Source: an uncultured Gammaproteobacteria bacterium
GTDB lineage: Bacteria > Patescibacteriota > Microgenomatia > Levybacterales > UBA12049
Reading direction: 5' to 3'
NCBI GenBank assembly: GCA_964457465.1
Contig: CAYWEJ010000002.1
Coordinates: 15 to 64,014, forward strand
Length of the DNA stretch: 64,000 nt
Below, one piece after another: positions 39,683-48,914 of the stretch. The notes under the pieces were generated by a model, which worked only from the letters and a program-made list of their open reading frames with translations, did no database searches and had not been told where the DNA came from. Both the position numbers and the translations under genes were made by a program. The stretch's first letter is position 1. Each line of letters opens with the position of its first letter.

Positions 39683-40414
39683 ATGGTTCAGCCAAGCAAT
39701 ATTAAGACGACATTTATTAGAAAAGAAAAAGTTGCAAAAGACACGTACTCATTTTACTTTGAAAAACCGAATGGCTTTAGTTATGCTCCGGGGCAATGCA
39801 TGAAGATTACTTTACCATATGTGATCAATGATCCTCGTGGCCCAAGAAGATTTTTTACTATCTCCTCTTCACCGCTTGAGAAGGAATTGGCTATAACAAC
39901 AAAAATTATATACAGTCCAAGTATTTTTAAGCAACAACTCCTATTATTGGAGAAAGGAGATGAAGTAGTTATTTTTGGACCAATGGGAAGTTTTTTCCTA
40001 CCTGAAAAAAGAGATAGCTCGTTGATTTTCCTCGCAGGAGGGATTGGAATAACTCCGTTTTATAGCATGGTGAAATTCCTCTCAAAGTCTAATTCTAAGA
40101 CAATAGTAAGCCTGTTTGTATCCTTCAGAAATTTAGATGAGGCAGTTTTCTATGAAGAGCTCTTAAGTATGTCAAAAGAAAATTCTTCTCTAAAAGTTAT
40201 TTATACTATCAGTAATCCTGCTAAGGAACTTAATTGGAAAGGTGAGGTGGGGAGAGTAACACCATCGATTATCAAAAAGCATGTTCCAGACTATCAGAGC
40301 AATGTATTTTTTATCTGTGGTCCAGAAAAAATGGTTGAGACAATGAAGGAGATGGTTGTACTAATGGGTGTCCGTGACAAGGAGATAGTTTGCGAGCAAT
40401 TTTCAGGATATTAG
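39683..40414 (+). CDS. FAD/NAD(P)-dependent ferredoxin-reductase-like oxidoreductase
   Basis: RFFTISSSP, AGGIGITPF, FICGP, EQFSGY. Confidence 0.9.
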   Translation: MVQPSNIKTTFIRKEKVAKDTYSFYFEKPNGFSYAPGQCMKITLPYVINDPRGPRRFFTISSSPLEKELAITTKIIYSPSIFKQQLLLLEKGDEVVIFGPMGSFFLPEKRDSSLIFLAGGIGITPFYSMVKFLSKSNSKTIVSLFVSFRNLDEAVFYEELLSMSKENSSLKVIYTISNPAKELNWKGEVGRVTPSIIKKHVPDYQSNVFFICGPEKMVETMKEMVVLMGVRDKEIVCEQFSGY

Positions 40415-41461
40415 ATTGCTATTCTTTTCACCTGAGGTGCTTGGTTCGACCTCTTGTTGTAGATCTTCTCCAAGCATTTTACCCGTTGTTAGCTTGTTCC
40501 CAATTTGAGCAAAGCCTGCTGCAACATTTGTAAATTGTGTTGACGCATTTCCTAGATGTTTTCCAAGAACTCCCATATTCTCATTTACTTTATCGTATTC
40601 ATGTTGTAGTGTACGAAGAAGTCGAAAAATTTCTTTTGATCTTGACTCTATTTTCTTACCTTCAAATGAGAGGAGTATGGTCTGAAGGTGGACATAGAGA
40701 GTGCTAGGCGATACAACATATACTCTTTGTTTTCTGGCATAGTTCATAATTTCAGAAAGATTACACAATTCATAGAAAATAGATTCGCTTGGAATATACA
40801 TCAGTGCAAAATCCATGGTACCTTCATCCGGCAAGATATATTTTTTACTGATTGCATCAATGTGTCTTTTTACATCCTTTTGGAATTCTCTTTGGAAATC
40901 TTCTTTAGTTTTTGCGTCTTCAGCTTTTACCATTTTTTGATAATTTTCCATAGGAAATTTTGAGTCAATAGGTAGAATTCCTGCATCTGTTTTTATAGCA
41001 GCATCTACTCTTTCGCCAGATCTAAATTGATACTGCAAGTAAAACGAGTTTTTTGGGAATAGTTGAGCGATAAGATCTTTTAGGATTTCTTCACCAATAT
41101 TGCCACGCATTTTAGGGCTTTTTAAGAAGTCTTGCAGCTCCTTCATGCTTCTTCCAATTTCGCTCATTTGTCCCACCTCTTTCCCTACGCCTGCTATGAC
41201 CGTCGCTGCTTTGTCGAGCCTATCATTAAGCTGTCTTGAGTTCTCCTGGAGAGTTCTGACCATGTGCGTTGTGTTAGTAGAGAGGGTAGAGTTAATATTT
41301 TTATTAGTATTTTCAAGTGAGACCTGCATTGTTTTTAACCACTCAAGCATTGTTTGGTCGCTTGCATTTTTTTGAAGTGAGTTTAATTTTCTATTGAGGT
41401 AGAAAAGGATGACCCCAAATCCTAAAAGGAGAGCTATAAGAAAAGGCAGCATTTCTTGCAT
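40403..41461 (-). CDS. rmuC: DNA recombination protein RmuC
   Basis: RGNIGEEIL, PIDSKFP, ISKKYI, DFALMYIPSE, SPSTL. Confidence 0.92.
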   Translation of the reverse strand: MQEMLPFLIALLLGFGVILFYLNRKLNSLQKNASDQTMLEWLKTMQVSLENTNKNINSTLSTNTTHMVRTLQENSRQLNDRLDKAATVIAGVGKEVGQMSEIGRSMKELQDFLKSPKMRGNIGEEILKDLIAQLFPKNSFYLQYQFRSGERVDAAIKTDAGILPIDSKFPMENYQKMVKAEDAKTKEDFQREFQKDVKRHIDAISKKYILPDEGTMDFALMYIPSESIFYELCNLSEIMNYARKQRVYVVSPSTLYVHLQTILLSFEGKKIESRSKEIFRLLRTLQHEYDKVNENMGVLGKHLGNASTQFTNVAAGFAQIGNKLTTGKMLGEDLQQEVEPSTSGEKNSNLIS

Positions 41462-41495
41462 AGTGGTAGGTATTGTATCATACCTATGCAACTTG

Positions 41496-42530
41496 CTAGT
41501 AATATAACTGAGGTGAAGCTTTTACATCTTCCCAATCCACTGCCGTAGAAAAAAATCCTGCAGCTGCAATCATTGCGCCGTTATCTGTGCATAGGGAAGG
41601 AGTGGGAGAAAAAAGCTTCCCGTTTATTTTTTTCAGCTCTCCATCAAGAGCAAGTCGTAGTTGTTTATTTGCAGTTACACCGCCACCCATAATTACTGTA
41701 TTTAATGAGTGTTTCTCACACGCCATCATGGTTTTTTTAACAAGCACGTCAACAATTGCTTCTTGGGTACTCGCACAAAGATCGTAAAGAATTTGCTTAT
41801 GATCACCACGGGAAAAGTCCCAGTTATTTTTTCGAATAAGATTTAAAACAGAAGTCTTCAGACCGCTAAAGCTAAAATCAAAGTCACCAGAATGTATCAT
41901 CGGGCGAGGTAGATCAAATTTATTTTTATTACCTTTTTCTGCAAGCTGAGAAATAACTGGCCCTGCAGGATAGGGAAGCGACAAAAGTCTCCCTACTTTA
42001 TCAAAGGCTTCACCTGCAGCATCGTCTCTGTTTCCACCTAAGGGTGTGATCCTATGTGACTTATCAATAGTAAGTAGGTCTGTATGTCCTCCGGACACAA
42101 CAAGCCCAATTGCAGGAAGAGAAATATTTGCATGCTCCACCATGTTTATTAATAGGTGCCCATGCATATGGTTGACTGGTATGATAGGCACTTTCCACAA
42201 CAGTGACATAGTTTTTGCCGTCTCTACACCAATTAAGAGTGGGCCAATCAAGCCGGGTCCATATGTGACTGCTATCGCATCTATTGGAGGAATCTTTTTA
42301 TCGCTAAGTGACATACCAAAAGCATCATATATCGTTTTTTCAACAACTTTAAGGATGTATTTCAGTTGCTCGCGAGATGCAACCTCTGGAATTATCCCAC
42401 CTGTCATAGCATGAAGGTTAAGTGAAGAGGAAATGTTATTGGAAAGGATCTTGAATGAATTCGAAGAATACTTTTCAACTACCGAAATTCCTGTTTCGTC
42501 ACAAGAAGTTTCAATGCCGAGGATTATCAT
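41496..42530 (-). CDS. tsaD: tRNA threonylcarbamoyltransferase subunit TsaD
   Basis: LGIETSCDET, VNHMHGH, VSGGHT, DDAAGEAFDK, CTDNGAMI. Confidence 0.97.
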   Translation of the reverse strand: MIILGIETSCDETGISVVEKYSSNSFKILSNNISSSLNLHAMTGGIIPEVASREQLKYILKVVEKTIYDAFGMSLSDKKIPPIDAIAVTYGPGLIGPLLIGVETAKTMSLLWKVPIIPVNHMHGHLLINMVEHANISLPAIGLVVSGGHTDLLTIDKSHRITPLGGNRDDAAGEAFDKVGRLLSLPYPAGPVISQLAEKGNKNKFDLPRPMIHSGDFDFSFSGLKTSVLNLIRKNNWDFSRGDHKQILYDLCASTQEAIVDVLVKKTMMACEKHSLNTVIMGGGVTANKQLRLALDGELKKINGKLFSPTPSLCTDNGAMIAAAGFFSTAVDWEDVKASPQLYY

Positions 42531-42988
42531 AGTGAGAGCGTGACATCTTGTCCAACTTTAATATTATATTTTTTTACTGACCCAGCATTGAGCTCGATGA
42601 CTTTATCAGATGGTGAAGTAGGTTGGTAAAATACGCCCTGGGGGGTGGTTTTTTTGTCAAGTATTTGGACATTTTCATAAATAGTAATAATCTTATTGCT
42701 GTTCAAAAATAGAATATCGAGGGGAAACTTCATGTCTCTCATCCAAAAAGAAGGTATAGTTGGTGCATCAAATACAAATAACATTCCTTGCTTTTCTCCA
42801 AGACTTTTTCTTCCTGAAAGACCTTGCTCTCTTTTTTTAATAGTATCTGCAACATCTAGAGTGAAAGTAGTGTTATTTATTTTTGCTTCTGCTTTTTTGC
42901 TAAAAAATTGACCTTTTCCATTTAGAGCGAATAGACCTGCGGTTAGTAGTATTATAAAAATGATACATGCCAATAAATATTTATTCAT
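42527..42988 (-). CDS. DUF192 domain protein
   Basis: QGLSGR, GMLFVF, FWMRDMKFPLDI, VIELNAG. Confidence 0.9.
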   Translation of the reverse strand: MNKYLLACIIFIILLTAGLFALNGKGQFFSKKAEAKINNTTFTLDVADTIKKREQGLSGRKSLGEKQGMLFVFDAPTIPSFWMRDMKFPLDILFLNSNKIITIYENVQILDKKTTPQGVFYQPTSPSDKVIELNAGSVKKYNIKVGQDVTLSL

Positions 42989-43442
42989 TGTTTATTTTTT
43001 TTGACGTTGAAAATTGATCAAGTCTATCAACTACCTCAATTAGCTTTGCGTTATTAACATCTGCTTGTCTTTTCTTGTGAGATAGGTTTAGATCTCCTTT
43101 GGTAGTTGCGATTATAGCAGGTTTGATATTTGATACAAGGTCGTCATAGTCTCTGTCTAGAAATGGATAAGGAAGAAGTATCACGAAATCAACTGTTGTT
43201 TGGAGTAGCGCCTCGCTTCTCTCTGATTGCTTCTGGATCGGCCTATGCTCCCCTTTAGTCTGCTTGATGCTCTGGTCTGATTCTAATAACACTACCAATA
43301 CGCCGCCTAGTTTTTTTGCTGCATTGATAAATGAGATATGTCCATCATGAAGAAGATCAAAGCATCCTCCGATCAAAATTATTGGTTCTGATTGAGCTGC
43401 AAGAATAGATAGAATTTTTTTGGGATAGCCTGATTTTTTCAT
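42981..43442 (-). CDS. cytidylyltransferase-family protein (RfaE-II/TagD-like)
   Basis: GCFDLLHDGH (HxGH), KGEHRPI, FSTS. Confidence 0.88.
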   Translation of the reverse strand: MKKSGYPKKILSILAAQSEPIILIGGCFDLLHDGHISFINAAKKLGGVLVVLLESDQSIKQTKGEHRPIQKQSERSEALLQTTVDFVILLPYPFLDRDYDDLVSNIKPAIIATTKGDLNLSHKKRQADVNNAKLIEVVDRLDQFSTSKKINNE

Positions 43443-43445
43443 CTA

Positions 43446-44876
43446 TCAAGTCTTAGTTCCTCTTAAGAAAACTGCCTGCCAAGGTCGGTATGTTGAAGAA
43501 AATTTTTGAGATATTATCTCTTCTCCATCTTTTGTGACTTTGTACATGAAATATACACTTGCTCCTGATGCTGCAAAGTCAATTTGCTTGATTTGTCCAG
43601 AAGGTAATGTTGGGTCATCTTGGTATAGCGGTTCTGGAGCGGGTGACTGTGAGAGAATAACAGGTTCTGAGATTGTTGCAACACGACCATCGGATGTGCC
43701 ATATAGTTCAAAGGTTAGTCTAAGGCTTGCAAGATCTACGCCTGTCTGGATAAGAATATAATGACCTGTATCATTTTTAAATTTTAGATCTACAGTCGGA
43801 GTATAGATCGCCGCATCAACTCCAGGCCCTGAGTCCTCCTCATAATAATGAACACGATATGCGTGCGGGTGGCGTTCAGAGATCGTCATGCCAGCGTTAA
43901 GTAGAGCACGAAAGAGAGTAGTTGAGACTTGACAGACTCCCCCGCCATCACCGAGTTGAGTTCGCCCATTTTGAATAACATAAGCTTGTTTGTATCCACT
44001 TAACGATGAGATATCACCAACAGCTTTATTGAAAGAGAATACTTCATCAGGTTTTATTAAAATACCATTAAGACGAGAAGCGGCTAATTGTATATTAAAT
44101 ATACGATTTGGAATTGAGCCCTGGAATAGAGAGGTTCCTATGCCTATCCTTTCGGTAATACCAAGATCATTTGCTTCGTCTGTTTCGATCTCTGGTTTTA
44201 TAGTTTTAACAGGCATAGTAATTTTGAGAGGAGTCTTACTTTCTAATAGTTGAGGAACAGCATCTTCAGCGATGGTGGTAATAACCATCTCTGTGTCAAC
44301 AGATTTTCCATCCCTTGAAGCTCTAAACTCAGAAACCTTACCGTTCTCATAGGCAAAGCGTGCATTAATAGGATCTTGATTGATTTTATCCTGAAAATTT
44401 TTGAGTAGCTTAGTAAGTGTTGAGTCGGAGTAGTGATAGGCGGGTGTTAATGTGACGCCATGAAGATAAGATTCTAAGCTAAGATAGATGTCAGAAAAGA
44501 AGTTGCCACTTCTACCAATGCTATACGCTTGTGAGGAAAGAAGATTTTCGTCATAACCAAGCTCGAGATCTTTTGCTGAAATCGTAGCTATTAATGTGTC
44601 TGATTTAAATTCAACAAGCTTATTGCTAACAATCTCATTTTTTGCTTTAAAAAAATCCCTAACTTGCTCTTTAGATTTTCCTCCTAAGTCGATGTTGTCA
44701 ATAATAACTCCTGGATAAACTTTGTCATTGAAAGTTTGTTTATAGTAGATATAAATAAAACTACTAAAAAAGAAAAATCCAATAAGTGCACCAAAGGAAA
44801 ACCAAAAAAGTGTTCTTAAGACTGCAAATAATTTTTTTCGTCTACGAAGTACAGATAAGGGAGATTGGATTTTCAT
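43446..44876 (-). CDS. VanW family protein with peptidoglycan-binding repeats
   Basis: FSFNKAVG, GGGVCQVSTTLFRA, ERHPHAY, DLKFKN. Confidence 0.92.
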   Translation of the reverse strand: MKIQSPLSVLRRRKKLFAVLRTLFWFSFGALIGFFFFSSFIYIYYKQTFNDKVYPGVIIDNIDLGGKSKEQVRDFFKAKNEIVSNKLVEFKSDTLIATISAKDLELGYDENLLSSQAYSIGRSGNFFSDIYLSLESYLHGVTLTPAYHYSDSTLTKLLKNFQDKINQDPINARFAYENGKVSEFRASRDGKSVDTEMVITTIAEDAVPQLLESKTPLKITMPVKTIKPEIETDEANDLGITERIGIGTSLFQGSIPNRIFNIQLAASRLNGILIKPDEVFSFNKAVGDISSLSGYKQAYVIQNGRTQLGDGGGVCQVSTTLFRALLNAGMTISERHPHAYRVHYYEEDSGPGVDAAIYTPTVDLKFKNDTGHYILIQTGVDLASLRLTFELYGTSDGRVATISEPVILSQSPAPEPLYQDDPTLPSGQIKQIDFAASGASVYFMYKVTKDGEEIISQKFSSTYRPWQAVFLRGTKT

Positions 44877-44930
44877 ATATTGAATTGCTATGACTTATAT
44901 CAGGTATTATACTATACGAGAGGTATCATT

Positions 44931-46412
44931 ATGAACGAAAACGTAATTTTTTCCAAACCTTCCTTTTCTGAAAAGCAAGAAAATACTCCTGCGCAACCTT
45001 TACGTCCTGCATCTGGGCAGGTATCAAATACTCCTCCTCCACCTCCAGCTCCTCCTCCACCTCCTGCGCCAATCTCCCCTACTGCAGGGTCGCCATTGCC
45101 AAAGCCTCAAAGTCCGTCGATGCTTGGAGGTATTGGCAAGATTGTTGGCATAGTTGGGATAGTAGTTATTTTTATTTTTCTTGTTTTTAAGTTCATATTT
45201 CCTCTTTTTTCTCATAAGAATGATGATAAAAAAGTGACCTTAGTATATTGGGGGCTTTTTGAAAACCAGCAAGTCATGAACTCTCTTATTAGTGATTTTG
45301 AGAGAAAAAATCCAAATATAAAAGTTACTTATGTGCAGAAAGACATAAAGCAATATAGGCAAAGTTTGACTACGCAGATTCAAAATGGAAGTGGTCCAGA
45401 TATATTCAGATTTCATAACTCATGGGTTGGCATGATGAAGCAGTACTTGTCTCCGCTTAGCTCAGATGTTATAGCACCAAGTGACTTTAAAAATAATTAT
45501 TATCCAATAGTTCAGCAGGATTTAACAAGAAATGGTGCTTTGTATGGTGTCCCTCTGGGAATAGATATGTTATCGCTTTTTGTTAACACAGACTTGCTTG
45601 AGGCGGGGGGGAATAGCGTCCCTCAGACATGGGATGAATTTGTTCGAATTGCTAAAGATCGATTGGTTAAAGATAGCGATGGGAAGATACGTACGGCAGG
45701 AGCAGCAATGGGAACCTTTGACAATATCGATCATGCACCAGATATCATTGCATTGCTTATGGCTCAAAATGGCACAAGCTTCTCAGATTTTTCTTCAACG
45801 ATAGACAATGCGAGTCAGGCGTTAGAATTCTATACAGCTTTTGCAAAAGATGAGGGAAGTGTTTGGGATAGTACGTTAGATTCCTCTGCAGTAGCCTTTG
45901 CTAAAGGTAACCTTGCAATGTACTTTGGATACTCATGGAATATTTTTGGTATTAAAGCGCTAAATCCAAATCTTAAATTTAGTGTAAACCCTGTACCGAA
46001 TTTGCCAGGAAGGAAGCTCGCTTTAGCAAGTTATTGGGCAGAAGGCGTTTCTTCAAAAAGTAAAAATCAGCAAGCTGCTATGAAATTCATGAATTTTCTT
46101 ACCCAGAAAGAAACATTGCAAAAATTTTACGCTGAATCTTCAAAAGTAAGGCTTTTTGGCGAGGCTTATCCTAGAAAAGATCTTGCGCAGAGTCTCTTGT
46201 CGCAGCAGTATTTGGCATCTGTTGTTCAACAAGCAGATTACGCAACATCATCATACTTTGCTAGCGATACATACGACGACGGTATTAATGCTCAAATGAA
46301 TACATATCTTGGTAATGCAGTTAGGTCAATCCAGGACACTACCTCTCTTCAGACTGCATCTGAAACCCTCGCCCAGGGAGTGAGTCAAACTCTCTCAAAG
46401 TATGGGCGATAA
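44931..46412 (+). CDS. extracellular solute-binding protein (sugar family 1) with Pro-rich N-terminus and TM anchor
   Basis: GSGPDIF, LYGVPL, PQTWDEF, FAKGNLAMYFG. Confidence 0.85.
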   Translation: MNENVIFSKPSFSEKQENTPAQPLRPASGQVSNTPPPPPAPPPPPAPISPTAGSPLPKPQSPSMLGGIGKIVGIVGIVVIFIFLVFKFIFPLFSHKNDDKKVTLVYWGLFENQQVMNSLISDFERKNPNIKVTYVQKDIKQYRQSLTTQIQNGSGPDIFRFHNSWVGMMKQYLSPLSSDVIAPSDFKNNYYPIVQQDLTRNGALYGVPLGIDMLSLFVNTDLLEAGGNSVPQTWDEFVRIAKDRLVKDSDGKIRTAGAAMGTFDNIDHAPDIIALLMAQNGTSFSDFSSTIDNASQALEFYTAFAKDEGSVWDSTLDSSAVAFAKGNLAMYFGYSWNIFGIKALNPNLKFSVNPVPNLPGRKLALASYWAEGVSSKSKNQQAAMKFMNFLTQKETLQKFYAESSKVRLFGEAYPRKDLAQSLLSQQYLASVVQQADYATSSYFASDTYDDGINAQMNTYLGNAVRSIQDTTSLQTASETLAQGVSQTLSKYGR

Positions 46413-47283
46413 CGAAAAGGCGATTATTCGCACTCTCATCTATAGTAATATGTTTTTATTTCCTCTGACCTATGAAGAGTTATATTTTTATCTTCATGCA
46501 GATAAAAGTATTAAGAGGTCGATATTTAATCTATCGCTGAAAAAGACTAAGACGAAACTCATCTTTAAAGATGGACTATATGCATTACCTAGCGCTGAGA
46601 AGCATATTAGAAATCGAGTAAAATTAAGGTTGGAGAATGAAAGAAAATATAAAATCGCACTTTCAATGGCGGGCGCTCTTTCACATATTCCAACTGTTTG
46701 TTTTATAGGGATAACAGGAAGTCTTGCAGTTAAGAACGCTAAGCAAAATGATGATATTGATTTTATTGTCATAGCGGAAAATAAAACATTATTTGCTACA
46801 CGCATGATTTGCCTTTTACTTTTGCAGTTATATGGTAAGCGAAGAAAAAAAGATGAAGAGAATCCAAAAGATAAAATTTGTCTTAATTTAATGATGACAA
46901 AGAATGGGATGGGGGAATTTGCGACTAGAAAAAATATTTATATAGCTAGAGAGATTGCGCAGATAGAGCCGCTTTTCAATCGCGAAAATACTTATTCGGA
47001 GTTATTAAAGCAAAATATGTGGATAACTACATATATGCCTAATGCTCATATAAAAAGAAAAATCCCAATAAAAAGAAGCAAAACACATTTTATAGGTATC
47101 TTTTCAATGGTAGAATTTATCTGTAAAAAACTACAGTTATCCATTATGCTTAGAGGTAAAAAAAGTAAAAAAAACGTAGATGACTTTTTAGCATTCTATC
47201 CACATCATAGAGAAGAACTAATCATTAAGCGATATATTGAAAGTATCTCATTCTATAGTAAATACTATAATACTAATTTATAG
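46402..47283 (+). CDS. putative nucleotidyltransferase-domain protein
   Basis: GITGSLA...DDIDF (GS + DxD, Pol-beta-type NTase). Confidence 0.6.
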   Translation: MGDNEKAIIRTLIYSNMFLFPLTYEELYFYLHADKSIKRSIFNLSLKKTKTKLIFKDGLYALPSAEKHIRNRVKLRLENERKYKIALSMAGALSHIPTVCFIGITGSLAVKNAKQNDDIDFIVIAENKTLFATRMICLLLLQLYGKRRKKDEENPKDKICLNLMMTKNGMGEFATRKNIYIAREIAQIEPLFNRENTYSELLKQNMWITTYMPNAHIKRKIPIKRSKTHFIGIFSMVEFICKKLQLSIMLRGKKSKKNVDDFLAFYPHHREELIIKRYIESISFYSKYYNTNL

Positions 47284-47329
47284 ATAAAAAAGGATTAAAT
47301 TTCCTACTTATAGGATTGAATAAGGAATA

Positions 47330-47358
47330 TTGACAATTATTTTTATATTCTTTATACT
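47330..47358 (+). promoter_or_regulatory. promoter of greA
   Basis: TTGACA-N17-TATACT. Confidence 0.85.
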
Positions 47359-47374
47359 TTGTCTGAAATAATAT

Positions 47375-47409
47375 ATCTCTCCCTAAAAAACCTGGAGAGA
47401 TTTTGTTTT
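47375..47409 (+). terminator. terminator-like hairpin in greA leader
   Basis: ATCTCTCC-N11-GGAGAGAT followed by TTTGTTTT. Confidence 0.55.
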
Positions 47410-47417
47410 ATAAATAT

Positions 47418-47891
47418 ATGGATAGTAAAAAAATATACCTTACAAAAAGTGGACTTGAAGATCTAAAGAAAGAATATGAGGAGCTTGCAAAAGTAAAACG
47501 TCCAGAGGTCGTAACGAGAGTGTCTGATGCAAGAAATCAAGGGGATTTATCAGAGAACGCAGAGTATGTTGCTGCGAGAGAGGAGCTTTCTTTTATTGAT
47601 GGAAGAATCGACGAACTTGAAGAGCTGCTTAAGCAGGTCTCTCTTATTAACGAGGTTCATGGATCAAAAGCTGGTTCAGCTATTGAGCTTGGGTCAGAGG
47701 TAACACTAAAAATTGATGGCAAAAAAGAAGTGTATAGAGTGGTTGGTGAGTGGGAGGCTGATCCTGCAGAAAGAAAAATCTCACATGAGTCTCCTCTTGG
47801 AAAAGCGCTTTTAGGAAAGAAAATCGGCGAGAGCGTTGAAGTTTCTGCTCCCGCAGGAAAAATTCTTTACACGATTGTCTCCATTAGCTAA
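47418..47891 (+). CDS. greA: transcription elongation factor GreA
   Basis: GDLSENAEY, ISHESPLGKALLGK; start moved to ATG 47418. Confidence 0.97.
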   Translation: MDSKKIYLTKSGLEDLKKEYEELAKVKRPEVVTRVSDARNQGDLSENAEYVAAREELSFIDGRIDELEELLKQVSLINEVHGSKAGSAIELGSEVTLKIDGKKEVYRVVGEWEADPAERKISHESPLGKALLGKKIGESVEVSAPAGKILYTIVSIS

Positions 47892-47912
47892 TACCCGTAT
47901 ACTCAAGGATAG

Positions 47913-48869
47913 ATGAATATTCAAGAGGCAGTTCCACTTTCTGAAATAACCTACTATAGAATTGGCGGTAAAGCTCGTTTTGTTATTAAGGTGCATAATA
48001 TAGAAGAAGTCAGACAGGCGGTCATATTTCTTCAAAAACAAAAAGATGTAAGGATTTATATTTTAGGCCTCGGAACAAATACGTTATTCCCGGACAACTG
48101 TTCAAATTTAGGGATTATATGGTTACAAGAAGATGGGTCTATGGCTTGCGAAGGTAATAAAATTACTGCATTCGCTGGGGAAAATCTTGATGCACTTATC
48201 AATTTCTCATTAGGAAAAAATTTAGTTGGTCTTGAATGGGCTGGTGGATTGCCAAGCACTATTGGAGGTGCAGTTAGAGGGAATGCAGGTGCATTCGGGT
48301 CTGAGATTAAAAAATGTGTCGCTGAGGTCTCAGCTCTTGATGTGAACGACCCATCTCTTGTGGTGAGAGCGTATACATATGATGAATGTAATTTCAGCTA
48401 TAGAAATAGTTTTTTTAAAGAACATCAAAATTTTATTATAGTTTCTGTAGTTTTGACGTTGACACAAGCAGATCAAGACAGCGTTTTGCAAGCAAAAGAG
48501 ACATATTTAAAAAATATTGCCTATCGCAACCAAAATCATCCGATGGAGTATCCATCATGCGGATCAGTCTTTAAGAATATCGTTGATAAAAGTGAAGTAG
48601 AAAAAATTGTCTCTATATGGCCTGATATTAAGGATTTATCTGAAAGAAAATGGCATAACAAAGTGTCAATGGGTTATGTGATTAACAGGTTGGGTTTTTC
48701 TGAAAAAAAAATTGGCGGTGCAATGGTGTCGCCAAAACATACAAATTATATAGTGAATACTGGCGGTGCTACTGCTCATGATGTGCAGGTAATTATCAAA
48801 GAAATAGAGAATAAGTTTGAGGACGTGTTTGGATTTTTACCCGAGCCTGAAGTAATGCTTGTTTCGTAG
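47913..48869 (+). CDS. murB: UDP-N-acetylenolpyruvoylglucosamine reductase
   Basis: YRIGGKA, GLGTN, GNAGAFG, YRNS, SCGSVFKN, KHTNYIVN. Confidence 0.95.
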   Translation: MNIQEAVPLSEITYYRIGGKARFVIKVHNIEEVRQAVIFLQKQKDVRIYILGLGTNTLFPDNCSNLGIIWLQEDGSMACEGNKITAFAGENLDALINFSLGKNLVGLEWAGGLPSTIGGAVRGNAGAFGSEIKKCVAEVSALDVNDPSLVVRAYTYDECNFSYRNSFFKEHQNFIIVSVVLTLTQADQDSVLQAKETYLKNIAYRNQNHPMEYPSCGSVFKNIVDKSEVEKIVSIWPDIKDLSERKWHNKVSMGYVINRLGFSEKKIGGAMVSPKHTNYIVNTGGATAHDVQVIIKEIENKFEDVFGFLPEPEVMLVS

Positions 48870-48914
48870 ATTTAGCCTCTTATCCAATTTGGCTTCACGT
48901 AGTATAATACGCTT

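Noticed and set aside
20681-44876. Beta-lactamase-like and VanW genes as resistance determinants
   Set aside because: Both are membrane-anchored members of broad cell-wall enzyme families; no resistance cluster context.
45030-45070. CCT/CCA tandem repeats
   Set aside because: Explained by the poly-proline coding stretch.
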